Assembly (NCBI GenBank): GCA_000165345.1
Contig: CM000434.1
Coordinates: 832,001 to 896,000 of the forward strand
Length of the DNA stretch: 64,000 nt
Reading direction: 5' to 3'
Positions 24,601 to 33,772 of this stretch are shown here, one piece after another. Below the pieces are notes generated by a model that did not search any database, was not told the DNA's origin, and saw only the letters and a list, made by a program, of their open reading frames with translations. The first letter of the stretch is position 1. The number at the start of each line of letters is the position of its first letter. The position numbers were made by a program, and so were the translations under genes.

Positions 24601-25593
24601 CTTGTTATATGCCTTGATTTCTGGGAGTAATAGAGAAAAGATGACTTTTTTATCAAATCCTCTTTTAATTGCAGTAATAATACGAAGAATTTTATCCTTT
24701 GCATTGGCCAACTTTCTGTTAATTTCGGAAAGAGTTGAATTTAAAGGTAACTTTTCATTACTGGAAATATACTCGTTATCAATATTATTCCTCACAATAT
24801 ACTTGGAAAAGGAGGAATGTTCAATTAATTTATTTAATAACTTTTTGTTTCCTGACTCAATAATAAACGAAATCGCATCTTTTCCTTCAAGGGTTAAATC
24901 AGTCATAGATGCTCCGTAGTCCAAAAGCAACTCCAAGAATTCCTCGGTATTTGTTGACATTCCGTCTTTTAATAAGAAATAAAATGGGGTTAGCCCATTT
25001 CTGTCTGGAATATTTGGGTTTGATCCACATTTTAACAGAAAATGAGTCATCCTCAAATTCTTTGAGATTACACTGTAAAATAATGGAGACAAATCCCTAT
25101 TATCTGAGTAATCAATATTGGCTCCGTTAAGTAATAATAATGCCACTAATGGTAAGTTGCTTCTTTGAACAGCATTAATCAATGGACTGATTCCATTCGC
25201 ACCAACTATGTTTACATCTGCTCCATGTTCTATCAAATATAACGAGATAGTATAGGAAATATATCCATTTTGTCTAGTTGAAATGAGTAAGGCAGTTTCT
25301 CCTGTTGAATTAGAAATTGAATTAATATTATTAACGCATAACCTATCAAGCATAGCAGTGATTGCCTCAAGATCCTGTAGCCTAATACTTTCATGGAATT
25401 CATCCACTAAATCAAGACATTCTTCTGTGTAAGCAATATCTTTTTGGCATTCACAGTTATTTTTCTGGATTACATTTACCAATGAATCTGAAATACTGTT
25501 TAATGGGCAACCAATAGGAAATATTTGTTTGGTTCCTATGCAAAACAATATCTTAAACGTTAAAAGAAAAATTGAACATAGATAAATCTTCAT
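18601..25593 (-). CDS. Giant (2330-aa) ankyrin-repeat polytopic membrane protein
   Basis: Continuous ORF with verified ATG and signal-like N-terminus. About 4-5 ankyrin repeats lie at residues 100-260 (GETALLISTRQNGY...GADVN...GISPLINAV...). Long Asn/Ser low-complexity tracts are interspersed with three clusters of TM helices. Confidence 0.7.
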   Translation of the reverse strand: MKIYLCSIFLLTFKILFCIGTKQIFPIGCPLNSISDSLVNVIQKNNCECQKDIAYTEECLDLVDEFHESIRLQDLEAITAMLDRLCVNNINSISNSTGETALLISTRQNGYISYTISLYLIEHGADVNIVGANGISPLINAVQRSNLPLVALLLLNGANIDYSDNRDLSPLFYSVISKNLRMTHFLLKCGSNPNIPDRNGLTPFYFLLKDGMSTNTEEFLELLLDYGASMTDLTLEGKDAISFIIESGNKKLLNKLIEHSSFSKYIVRNNIDNEYISSNEKLPLNSTLSEINRKLANAKDKILRIITAIKRGFDKKVIFSLLLPEIKAYNKDICIVRDNEGRNLLWWMAHLGDEDLIRILVSFYKFQTNTGVLDFELCELHEPDIYGNLPIGHLIYKINYQEELMLKESRELNKENSLLYKPTISSKKSFKMFEEFDQINEFKFSGNNNNKLPKFQILEEMLMFQNPKTNTTLWYELAVSSGNDITGEHKIVEYLSSPAIDFHVSSFVVRCFCKPLKRYSIPTPRSIPIIGTSEYDNSISILSLLLLLNKNYTSKVVLQSILREAMLQSFWCIHALQHALITATILGKDDIIRNILLGRVQTLSEVLSSLDYSSEVSIQVASRLLGSLPPEFPNLDDLMAIPVTLLVRIIILSNGIEGEIREIDSNSETDSDETELDNLAKINSIEHNKIFQYINESLTASDSNGRDVNVSVKLENTTFNEKVKSSSSVEGSIYSNPEFSRDFFLQYQFDFTENNKEVEKQNELDEQNELEEQMNFVRSEMRRGYFEEDDHISQHDTSGEYESIFSNFDTIFSQKTKLFQNYTDKNDELVNLSKTKTEYRKTDSLGEAINLVKQLLSPEMTKFVRSSSFEHIIKILQNSTCNYPRNNEAELFLGKNVDFSKIQGLHTLKNRLENLNINDAIENTQSNNLNEKIQGILDDFDYFGQDNMETTPTHETGIDALYKKMDKKMGINTYLGNCLIELPNICNIMQIKEVLWVPMIFSQDHEHEFDPSSTLLIDSQCIGEKTECYIPSLNSDYQKIHLGYIPEIPAKANVTDLGPLISRSKLYGMMNKHPICDKSSSYTTFEELLAKKAKFITLLNTSPHNHIIPSAIRVSSAILLTSIIYILLWAIISYLKVFYIKNMINDWSKEKIKKKINSNKKTKSGLIRQNKKEKKRGISGVTNESQNSNFKSKSSIQLLTKNILKYTRKAFLNTLPYSVFRLRDFAEIFPVSASGKVIDSVLLALSLIFTSPWYIYKDNSLKENIKDKKSMNTIKTTKSNLLNAPMNYFKQKNSQKNTNLQSIIKYLFFFIQIISLIYLFTILFLISEYDYIWFLIGVIITATLCSSVRIYYTHEFVSNYCNKYFCGFSKEYYLYNYYYYKKSVENRKNIRNIYSNLLNCAMNSSTLIKNNYFSHNNNNEYDYDFDCDKSDIDKNSNNKINSEVPILDNQIEISPNMLIPQKLSSQKLSSRNKSHMDLIPELHAQVHHRFGGSFISELNNSQSGSSFSTSNYYINTKASHSYSNEVNGCSVTSQPDSSSNFSSPNTARFNLLGVSSSNVTTFGSRSYSRFTSYSSSSSKYFENNNFADDENLSSSESNEDTNSLGSDLESITKKNDDDKYINRIKLNPNHSKVNKVKVMKKSSVKVKKSSTGGEYICLPDLLSITSTISNDTSSGDKYLRTPWIQNYNSKIESNDINIAFDINSSKSSSFGLVNDKFCSTLSGPAIRITRSNTANKRFKSVLSNYCNRIKNTQQIYQSDTNISSKTSIYINSKRQKKIPSINDNFNNFIKSNNQVKRSIRLRKIRNIISSAEDNLSCDNIRTNIGNVVTNNQIHKPLYRLVDEVSYNTPYEYFNVVITCKIISCIVAMSSNISITLFKSNSYLIRDSTLYFLYNKSPITVYIIECIFTYWISNLIFEILKGLIILLFFVKQRKRLCIVLVQHIPTQFKYSNVQEFIQIVSYWRSAIQHILYKNTKLWTSFLNASVSINTLIFFCIGKIMLVAIYNKKNRIYNNRVSDLSSSTMLSKNPSSNQNLNGLSASGSTNIVRGSFDKDISRILTTSPNIIGGGISTNLLNELNSRSIGDHFMNNFFKTGSFSTNKNQFMDSISNIDYILNSNNEDNYNMNKYNDISSMIDLNDHYYTNIPGEGTNNFINNINLMRSIRSGMNNNDNNPVISHSTLTYSNLASISNIKTSALSFMLTIPQYATSYLSYQGTIPSSSENNMINTYSNCETIFLTMGIVMFIFSSYVIRLLYQINRTSVRTHSWLQNILHRTPPGAGIYIVIEKVLLVINSTPPLLKICGFDITEKLSGFCLYIFTPLAILTFFKFTT

Positions 25594-26180
25594 CTTTATA
25601 ATTCACCTTGATAACTTCAAGTTCATTAAATTTTCATATTATTTGCAGTTTATCTTAATCCAATTTAAATAGTAAATTATCTCATTAATCAGACTTGGAC
25701 TCTGCCTATGAGTTTATTACTTTATTTGATTTCTGAATAACTCTATCGGTGTGTTCAGTTTAATGTTATTGAATTTATTTCAATAGTGTCATTTCAAAGT
25801 TCTGGCACCTAGCTCCTTATAATAGCAAGCTGTATTAATCTTTTTGAAAATGTCTTATTAATTACTGCTGAAATACTAATAACCCGTTTTATTCAACTAA
25901 ATTACCTTATTAAAATTAAATTTCTTTCCTATTTCATTTATTAACATCGCCTTCACCATTAAACTCCCCCCATGTCGGTACCATAAAATAGCAATTTTTC
26001 CGCTCATTAATTGTAAAATTAATTTGCCCACATTAATTTGACAAAAAATTTCAAATCTTTAAATTAATTTACCATTTTTTGTTTTTAATTTAATTTCTTT
26101 AATAATTTTTTTTTTAACCTTTTTAACCCAAAACAATACAATTGCAATATAAATTGTCCACATTGAAAAAAAAAATTTAT

Positions 26181-26285
26181 TGCATGCATGCAATTTACAC
26201 GTAAGATTAAAAAAAGTGTGCATGTGGATGAATAACAATTGAACGAAGCTAATACCGGTATGTGAATTTTACATATTTACGTGGG
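26181..26285. promoter_or_regulatory. Motif module TGCATGCATGCAA-ACACGTAAG ... AATACCGGTATG ... TTTACGTGGG upstream of the giant gene
   Basis: Read directly. Confidence 0.45.
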
Positions 26286-26338
26286 AGAAAAAAAATTATT
26301 TGGAGAAAAAATAAATTATAAAATTAATATTTTAAAAG

Positions 26339-27562
26339 CTAACTATCCCATTGAAAATGGTCAGCAATTGTTAAGAAAACTTCAATAACAAGATCATCAG
26401 GGTTGTTTGACCCAATTCCACTTTTACTATTTGAAGTACTCGACTTGTTCTTATTAGTCGTTTTTGTGATTCTGGCAGAACCATCGGAAAGTCTTTTTGG
26501 CTTGCCGCCCGAAAGAGATGAATCATGCTGTTCTGAAGATTTATTGCCTAAATCTTTATCTTCTTTTCCTGAATTAGCATCAATTGACTTTTTGACATTA
26601 ATTGAGCTACCCCAAGATGCATAGAGTTGGTGCCATATCCTATGTCTTAGAATAGTCCCTGTGTTTACAAGATACTCAATTCTGGAAAGTTTGAAAACAC
26701 CATTTCCCTTCTCAGTAAGCATTTTTATTGACTTTAAAAACTCATAGAAATACATTGCAAGACGGTATCTTGTTAACTGCCTACTCCCTCTTATTAATTC
26801 ATCATCCATAACTTCCAGATGCATAAAATATTGCCTCACAAACCTAACAATATCAATCTCATCAAAAAAGACCTTTGATTGTCCTTTTATTTCTAATCTT
26901 GTATCGCATGTGTGTGGCTGAGGATGCTGGTGATCACAGAAGACTATATGTTCAGCTAAAAGTTTATCTAAAGTCACCACAACATGAGACTTCATTTGAT
27001 CTACAGAAACTGGTAATAACTTGTGATTATGTTTTAGAGCTGCAACTATTGGACTATATTTGAATCTATTAAGAGGTAAATTTCTTCCAGCTTCCAAAAA
27101 GAAAAATCTTATTGCTGCAAACCAGAAATCCATTGTCATTCTAGTTAGTGGAACATTAAAGAAATAGCAATTCTTTAAAGAATATCTAATATAGCCATCA
27201 CAATATCTATTTAACATCTTGCAAACAAGCCTCAATTCTAACAAATATTTATCTTCTACAAAATCAAACAAATTTCTTTTTGCTCTAAGACTCAGCTTTG
27301 AAAATACTTCCAACAATGTTACATTTACTATTGTTATTTCACGCTTTATTACAGGTTTTACTTCTTCTTTTACTTCATTATTTTTATCAGAATTTCCAAC
27401 CAATTTTTTTTCTTCGTTATTCTCATTATCGCTAGAGTGTTTACTTTCATTTCTGTCTAATTCATCTTCGCTTGTATTTGAGCTGCCACTGTTGGATCTC
27501 TCATTGCTACTTTCCTCATTTAATATAGAATTCCAGTTTACTACAAACTCTGATCTTACCAT
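26339..27562 (-). CDS. Hypothetical protein (407 aa) with an acidic Ser/Asn/Glu-rich N-terminus
   Basis: Long ORF with verified ATG. I recognise no domain. Confidence 0.55.
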   Translation of the reverse strand: MVRSEFVVNWNSILNEESSNERSNSGSSNTSEDELDRNESKHSSDNENNEEKKLVGNSDKNNEVKEEVKPVIKREITIVNVTLLEVFSKLSLRAKRNLFDFVEDKYLLELRLVCKMLNRYCDGYIRYSLKNCYFFNVPLTRMTMDFWFAAIRFFFLEAGRNLPLNRFKYSPIVAALKHNHKLLPVSVDQMKSHVVVTLDKLLAEHIVFCDHQHPQPHTCDTRLEIKGQSKVFFDEIDIVRFVRQYFMHLEVMDDELIRGSRQLTRYRLAMYFYEFLKSIKMLTEKGNGVFKLSRIEYLVNTGTILRHRIWHQLYASWGSSINVKKSIDANSGKEDKDLGNKSSEQHDSSLSGGKPKRLSDGSARITKTTNKNKSSTSNSKSGIGSNNPDDLVIEVFLTIADHFQWDS

Positions 27563-27752
27563 TCCTTATCTCCTCTCCAATAATTAATTTTTTTTTAAAT
27601 TCGTCTTTTTTTCATTATTATATATTTAGACGCTGTGTGAACACACGGCAATTTCCATCTAAATCCTCTAACACTAAGAAAAAAAAAAGAGGCAAGGCAT
27701 TTTTTTTCAATATTAACCTGCAAGCTAACCATTTTCCTAATTATAACTAACG

Positions 27753-28393
27753 TTAAATCTCCTCTCCACTTTCCTCTGTATCAATATCGCTTATATTCAT
27801 TCCATTATCATCCACAATGTATGATTGCATCTTGCAATTTTCCAATGGTGCTTTTTGAATATTCATTATCTATATAAAGAAAAATTAATTAAAACAATAA
27901 ATTTTTTCGAAATTATTAATAAAAACTCTCAATAATCACTTACCTTCTCGACTAAAGAATAGTCACCTTTCGAACATTGGTCGTACATTTCACAAATCAA
28001 CTCAGCGACCTCCAAATCACTATCATCTTCTACAATAGTAGAAAATCTTGTTTCCATTGCTTCCATTAAGAAATTTGCCAAATTATTCGAATTTACCTTC
28101 CTTCCTATAAATTATTAAAAGTTAATTTTTCAATGATTTTTTCCCACCTCTAGTAATAAAGAGTAACAGACGTTTCTACCTACCTGATTGAAAAGACATT
28201 ATTACTTCCTGAATTAATTCTTCACGCTTCTTATTTGCAAACCTGCCTGACCATCCTCCTTCTACTGAAAGGTTCAAAATAGTCCTTAAAATTGTTACTA
28301 TTGATCAAGAATAACATTACAGAACTCAACTCACCATGTGGAAAATACTTGGTTGACTCCTTGTACAAAAACTTGAAAACGTTGTGAGTCCAT
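27753..28393 (-). CDS. Four-exon gene for a 145-aa small acidic protein; exons 28335-28393, 28184-28284, 27944-28104, 27753-27869
   Basis: Donors GTGAGT, GTAGGT and GTAAGT; acceptors TTTTAAG, TTTATAG and TATATAG; introns 50, 79 and 74 nt. All are phase-consistent. Product MDSQRFQVFVQGVNQVFSTWTILNLSVEGGWSGRFANKKREELIQEV...DIDTEESGEEI. It is absent from the ORF track because every exon is under 60 aa. Confidence 0.6.
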
Positions 28394-28556
28394 TGGAATA
28401 TTAAAGCGAGAAAAAATCTTAAAATAATACTAAATGGTCTATATTGTAAATATTCAAGCTATAATTTAGAAAGTTTAAATAAATTATACTTATTCTTCAC
28501 TAATTCTTATATACCTTTTTTTTACCTATTATCTCTCAAATATTTAAAAAAGACTG

Positions 28557-28656
28557 TTGGCGCCTCTTTGTCGAAAAAGTCATGCACAGGTATATGCAAT
28601 ACTTTTGCATGTAGCTATATAAAATGTCATGCACTCATGTGGATAACACGTAATAA
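28557..28656. promoter_or_regulatory. TTGGCGCC plus CATGCAC/TGCATG/ACACGTAAT module
   Basis: Lies upstream of the 4-exon gene at 27753-28393. Confidence 0.4.
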
Positions 28657-28726
28657 ATGAAAATAATAATAGTGAAAGTTAAGAATGAGTGCTTGAATCA
28701 TTATAAAAAATGAGCTTGGAATCTAT

Positions 28727-29359
28727 TTAATTTTTCTCTAAATAATTAGAGATAATTTCTAATTCAGCTTGGCAGTTATAGCAATTAAATTTCTCAATTT
28801 TGTGAATTTCATCCAGAACTTTGTTATCAAATGGAGTTGACGAATTGTTTGGATATTTCTTATTCGAATCTATTAGCTTCTGCTGAACAAATTCATCAAT
28901 ATTATTTGCGATTATGCAAGTAAAGCTCAAAATAAAGTCATAATTCGATTTAATTAAAGTACAAAGTTTCAAAGAATTATGTAATACTTGGACTCTTTTA
29001 ATACTTGTTATTTTAGAATCTTTATCAGAATTATAATGATTAAAAGTTGAGTACTCATCATTAATCCATTTAATTGTTTTTTCAAGATTTGAAAAATGTT
29101 CTTTAAAAAACTGATTAACATAACTACGTAATTCTGAAGATAAATTTTTGATTCTAGTGGTAAGATCATTTATTATATTAAATCTGCTTGATTGAAGAGT
29201 TTCTTCTGAAGTTTGATTACAAATAATATCATTGGAGAAATGCAGCTCAAGAGTTGCAAGTAAATGAGATATGGCATTAACGGATCTCTGTATATACTTC
29301 GAAAGTGTATTCCAACCTTTCCCAATTTGGTGAGCTATTTCTATGTAAGTTTCCTTCAT
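28727..29359 (-). CDS. Hypothetical protein (210 aa)
   Basis: ORF with verified ATG and no recognisable domain. Confidence 0.5.
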   Translation of the reverse strand: MKETYIEIAHQIGKGWNTLSKYIQRSVNAISHLLATLELHFSNDIICNQTSEETLQSSRFNIINDLTTRIKNLSSELRSYVNQFFKEHFSNLEKTIKWINDEYSTFNHYNSDKDSKITSIKRVQVLHNSLKLCTLIKSNYDFILSFTCIIANNIDEFVQQKLIDSNKKYPNNSSTPFDNKVLDEIHKIEKFNCYNCQAELEIISNYLEKN

Positions 29360-29977
29360 TTTTTCCTATCTGTAATAAGCTACCCTCTCACAAGATAAGA
29401 AAATTGGCAATATAGAAATACTTTGGATCAAGGCAACTATTGGAAACTGGAATAAGTGAATATTTACAAATAAAAATTCAAGTCAAGTCCCCACATTCAC
29501 CCAACAAACTTGAATCAATGCAGAATGTGCTCCATGGAGTAAATATGATAATCTCAATTGCTATAAATTCAACATCAGACAAATCTAAATTGCTCAAGAA
29601 AAAATAAAGCTTATTTTATTCACCTACTATACAAATTTAATTAACCCAATTATATCTTTGTGTTAATATATAATATTTATATTATTATATGGCGACCCTT
29701 TGTTGAGACAAGACGTGCGAGCCCTTAGCACACTAGTAACACGCAGTCTTAATATGAATTTGTATAGATCTTTAAATGGTAATCTGTTGATGAGGGGAAA
29801 GGTCTGAATTTGAAGGTATTAAAAAATTAATCAGTTAAAAAAAAGGTCATGTCAAATTGAGGAGGTAAAGACAAGTAATATTTGCACGAAGGAAAATATC
29901 GAATAAAACTGAGGGTAATTAACCTTGGTGATCTATAAATTATATTAATTAAGTAAATTAATTTAATATAGTTAAAG

Positions 29978-31711
29978 ATGACTACAGTTAGCGAAGCAGT
30001 GAGAAATAGCTGGATGCATATCTTTTCTTTTGACAGTGCTATTCCTAGAAGTAACCAAAGGGAAACGATTGGGGAAGTTTTAAAAGAAATTAATCGCATA
30101 AAGGATGAAATGCAAACATTGCATTTAAGGTTTTCTGACATTGAGCAGGGCAAATTAGACATATTATCAATTGAAAATGTAGAATCTCAATTTGAGAAAC
30201 TTAAACAGCAACTTCAGTTACATACTCTTTTAATCAGCGAGTTAAGAAAGTATCATACTGAAATAGAAGATTTGAAGAATAAGGAAGAATATAGAACTCA
30301 AGAAGAGAGAGAATTGAAGAATGAAATTAGGAAGTTAAAAAGTGATTTCCATTTATTATCCGAGACTGTTAATAGCAGAAATTCAATTCAAAACTCTAAT
30401 ATTCCAAGTATTATATCAAAACTAGAAGGTTTACAGATAGAATTTGATTCTTTAAATAATAGAATGATTAAGAATGAGAAAACTAAGGCTGAAGTTGAAT
30501 CATTAAAAAGAGATGTTGAAAATTTATCAATTATGAAGAAGTCATATGATGATCAGAGTTTTATTATTAAACAAATGAAAGAAGATATTCACTCAATTCA
30601 ATCGGTAATACAAGAAGACATTCCTCAACTCAAAAACGAAATTCAAAGAAAGATGAACAAAACTATACAAGCTACTAATGAGCTTAAGGAAAACTTTGGG
30701 GAGCTTAAGGATCAATTTAAACAGATTACTGAAGAAAGAAGACATGATCACAATGTAATTACTCAATTAGCAACCCAAGCAGAGCAGCTAAGAATACAGA
30801 TACAAACAATAAAGATGAGTCAAAAAGACAGTTCATCTAGTAAAATGAGGCAAGAGGAATTGGTGAATCAATGTGTGAAAAATATCGCAAAATTGGCGGA
30901 AAGTGTTAACAACCTTCAAGAAAAAATTTCCAATCATCTTATCGGATTATCTATCGCAAAGTCTAATAATAGTTTTTCAGTTGTTGGGTCAAAAAGTAAT
31001 TCGCATATTAAAACTCCAATCGTAATTAACAAAACTACTCCAAAAGGTAATTACTATGAAGTAGCAACCAATGGAAGTGAAAACTATAAAAGAATGTCTA
31101 GCAAGTCAAAGAACTCACCAAGAAGTCATAATAAATATACAGGCAATCATTTCACTCTTCCTGATACTCCCTCAACCCAAGCTCCCCCAGTTTTATCATC
31201 CAGTTCTGTGGGAAGACTTAGTTCATTCTTTGGTAACAGAGAGTTGAGTGGAATTGCAAGCTCAAGTAGTCTTACCTCAAGTAACTACATTGAAAGTAGC
31301 AATATTGATAGTGCCAATAATAGTAGACCAACTACAAACAATACTTGTGATCAAGAAGATGATATTATCACGCCTTCAACTATTGAAGAGGAAAGAATTA
31401 TTACAAAAAGAAGAGTATCAACAGATGGATTTTTGCAGGATTGTAGTTTAAAGCACTCTTCCACTAGCTTCCTAGAGATCAAAAGCAGTGTGAACTCTTC
31501 TGAAGAAACCAACTGTACAACTTCTAGTGAAAATTTCTTAATTAGAAATACTCTTCATCCAAGAAGTGATTTAGTTATGATGTCTACATTAACTGAGTCC
31601 AATTCAAAGTTATCATCAAGTATCACCACTCCAAAAAAGTCGGGAGATAGATCCAAGACTACGAGTTGCAATGGCAATCATGCTATATCTGACTTTCTGA
31701 GTCATTTTTAA
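29978..31711 (+). CDS. Coiled-coil protein with Ser-rich C-terminal half (hypothetical, 577 aa)
   Basis: Verified ATG. A Glu/Lys/Gln-rich heptad region at residues 40-300 is followed by a Ser/Thr/Asn low-complexity tail. Confidence 0.6.
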   Translation: MTTVSEAVRNSWMHIFSFDSAIPRSNQRETIGEVLKEINRIKDEMQTLHLRFSDIEQGKLDILSIENVESQFEKLKQQLQLHTLLISELRKYHTEIEDLKNKEEYRTQEERELKNEIRKLKSDFHLLSETVNSRNSIQNSNIPSIISKLEGLQIEFDSLNNRMIKNEKTKAEVESLKRDVENLSIMKKSYDDQSFIIKQMKEDIHSIQSVIQEDIPQLKNEIQRKMNKTIQATNELKENFGELKDQFKQITEERRHDHNVITQLATQAEQLRIQIQTIKMSQKDSSSSKMRQEELVNQCVKNIAKLAESVNNLQEKISNHLIGLSIAKSNNSFSVVGSKSNSHIKTPIVINKTTPKGNYYEVATNGSENYKRMSSKSKNSPRSHNKYTGNHFTLPDTPSTQAPPVLSSSSVGRLSSFFGNRELSGIASSSSLTSSNYIESSNIDSANNSRPTTNNTCDQEDDIITPSTIEEERIITKRRVSTDGFLQDCSLKHSSTSFLEIKSSVNSSEETNCTTSSENFLIRNTLHPRSDLVMMSTLTESNSKLSSSITTPKKSGDRSKTTSCNGNHAISDFLSHF

Positions 31712-32266
31712 ATTAATGTGGAATATATTTCAATTGGAGTGGAAGAGAATGCTCAATTCTCGTCTTTTTTACTAAATAGGATTTAATCGCATTATTTAAT
31801 CCCAAGTTCAACTCCCGAATTACAAGAGTTCAACAATTCGAGTTAATATAAGTATTTAAGTAGACGAGTTAAAATTCCGTTACCTTAAGTGTGTATTCAT
31901 AAACTAATTAAGTAAGGAGAGATATTATAATTTATTTAAAGCTACCATATTTTAAATATAAACGAAAGAGAAATGATGTTAAGTGTTGTTTTTTCCCTTA
32001 ATGTTTATTTAAAATACAAATTAAAACAAAAAATAAAGAACAAACTTTTATTTGCACTAATTATGATGAAATAGAAATTAAGTCCCATGATATCTTAAAT
32101 TACTGTGGTTATTACTAAGGAAAAAATAGTTCTGAAATCTAATATCACTCCAGAAAATATGCTCTTGATTCTAGAGTATCATCCTTTTAATTATCTCTAA
32201 TATTAATAATAATCATGTTTAATTTGTATTCCCTTCTTTCTTTTAAATTGAGCATATAATTAGACT

Positions 32267-33772
32267 TTAAATGTCTTCATTTAATAGCTGAGCTTTAATA
32301 TAGTTCCCCTTTAAGGTATGATTAGGAGGAAGTTCTAGCTTAAAGTAAAGTTGAGCATTAGGAACAAATCCAGCTTTTAGTAAAGTAAGTTTTTTGTCTG
32401 GGATAACTTTTAAGATTGGAGGAGATTGATAAACATACCAATTCATGGAGGATATATTTGGATTGATGCAATCCTTAACAGATTGAATTAGATCATAAGT
32501 TGTGTGGTTGGGTCTAAATTGGAGTTGAAGAATATATTTATCTGGAAAAACAACTCTAATTGATGAATGGGAATGAACTTTCCTTTTCAAGAGTGACTTA
32601 AGATATTCATTAGTTCTGCTTTTAAATGTAGGAGCCTTTCCAAGTATTGAATCTTTAATTCTCTGAATTTCAGATTGTTCAAAATGAGAATTGTCATCTT
32701 CATCAAAATCTTCTGGAGATTCCATATCATTGATTGCTTTAACCAAGTTATCAAACTTTTGTATATTCGAAGAATGAATAACAAAGGGCTTAGTGCAAGT
32801 GATATTTCCACTATCTTGGAGATTTTGTTCATCTATAGTCCCATTTTCCATATCTCTTTCCCTTTTCTTGATCTCAGATTCCATTTTTCGCCTTTCTTCA
32901 ATAGCAGATTTCATTAGCTTCCTTGAAACATCATTATTTGTACTAACTGAGGTTGAAGATATATTTGAAACATATGGGTTAAAGTGAGAAATCTTAACTG
33001 AGCCTTCGCCTGAGGTATCAATTGAAGTTAAATCACAAGAGACAAGCTTTGGGTATTCGATCCTGTTTTTCTCACAAAAGATAGCTAATAGATGATGACA
33101 ATCTGTTAAACGAGATATATAAGCAATAGGAAGCTCGAGATATTCCTCTTCTTCTTCTTCTTCTTCTTCTTCTTCTTTGTCCTTAGTAATATCTACAGAA
33201 ATCCTGTGTATTTGGCTTGGTTTAAGCTTCACAATAACAAACCCCACAGACTTTAGCACATTCAATGCTTCTGAAAAGCTTCCAACAGTGGATGCAAATT
33301 TAGGATTTTTCATTTTAATTCTTCTAATTTTTCCTTTTCTAGGCTCTTTAATAATTGAATCAATGATCTTAAATAATATATCAGTTACTGCCTTTAACTT
33401 TTCCTTACAGATTCTGCCTAGTGATTCGACAGAATTATATAGTGATGGAGTCATTTCAAGATTTTCTGGTGTCAAGTACTCGAATTCCCAAGTATCATCT
33501 TCTTTTAATATTTCCTTTACTTCTTCTTTCGAGTCTTCTTCAGCTTTAGGCTCGTTTACTTGTGAAAATATTCGTTTTCTAATCATATCAACCAGCCTTA
33601 AGGGAATATTCATAGTTTCCCATTGCTCATTCGTAACATCCTTTAATAGTTCTATTTTGTCATACCAGTTCTTATTCACAATTGTATCAACAAATATCTT
33701 CATCTCCTGATCTTTCCTCCCCATTTCCTTTCCTAATTCCAATATAAGTTCCTCTACCTCATTTGCACCCAT
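32267..33772 (-). CDS. UBX-domain protein with poly-Glu tract
   Basis: C-terminal UBX-like fold (...TYDLIQSVKDCINP...KKLTLLKAGFVPNAQLYFKLE). An internal EEEEEEEEEEE tract is encoded by (GAA)11 at about 33145-33177. The ATG is verified. Confidence 0.7.
   Translation of the reverse strand: MGANEVEELILELGKEMGRKDQEMKIFVDTIVNKNWYDKIELLKDVTNEQWETMNIPLRLVDMIRKRIFSQVNEPKAEEDSKEEVKEILKEDDTWEFEYLTPENLEMTPSLYNSVESLGRICKEKLKAVTDILFKIIDSIIKEPRKGKIRRIKMKNPKFASTVGSFSEALNVLKSVGFVIVKLKPSQIHRISVDITKDKEEEEEEEEEEEYLELPIAYISRLTDCHHLLAIFCEKNRIEYPKLVSCDLTSIDTSGEGSVKISHFNPYVSNISSTSVSTNNDVSRKLMKSAIEERRKMESEIKKRERDMENGTIDEQNLQDSGNITCTKPFVIHSSNIQKFDNLVKAINDMESPEDFDEDDNSHFEQSEIQRIKDSILGKAPTFKSRTNEYLKSLLKRKVHSHSSIRVVFPDKYILQLQFRPNHTTYDLIQSVKDCINPNISSMNWYVYQSPPILKVIPDKKLTLLKAGFVPNAQLYFKLELPPNHTLKGNYIKAQLLNEDI
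33145..33177. repeat. (GAA)n/(CTT)n trinucleotide microsatellite, about 11 units, coding for poly-Glu
   Basis: cttcttcttcttcttcttcttcttcttc read directly. Confidence 0.8.

Noticed and set aside
29827-30162. ORF 29827-30162 (-) overlapping the 5' end of the 29978 gene
   Set aside because: It is antisense to a verified-ATG coiled-coil gene and extends into an AT-rich spacer. It is hydrophobic and low-complexity.
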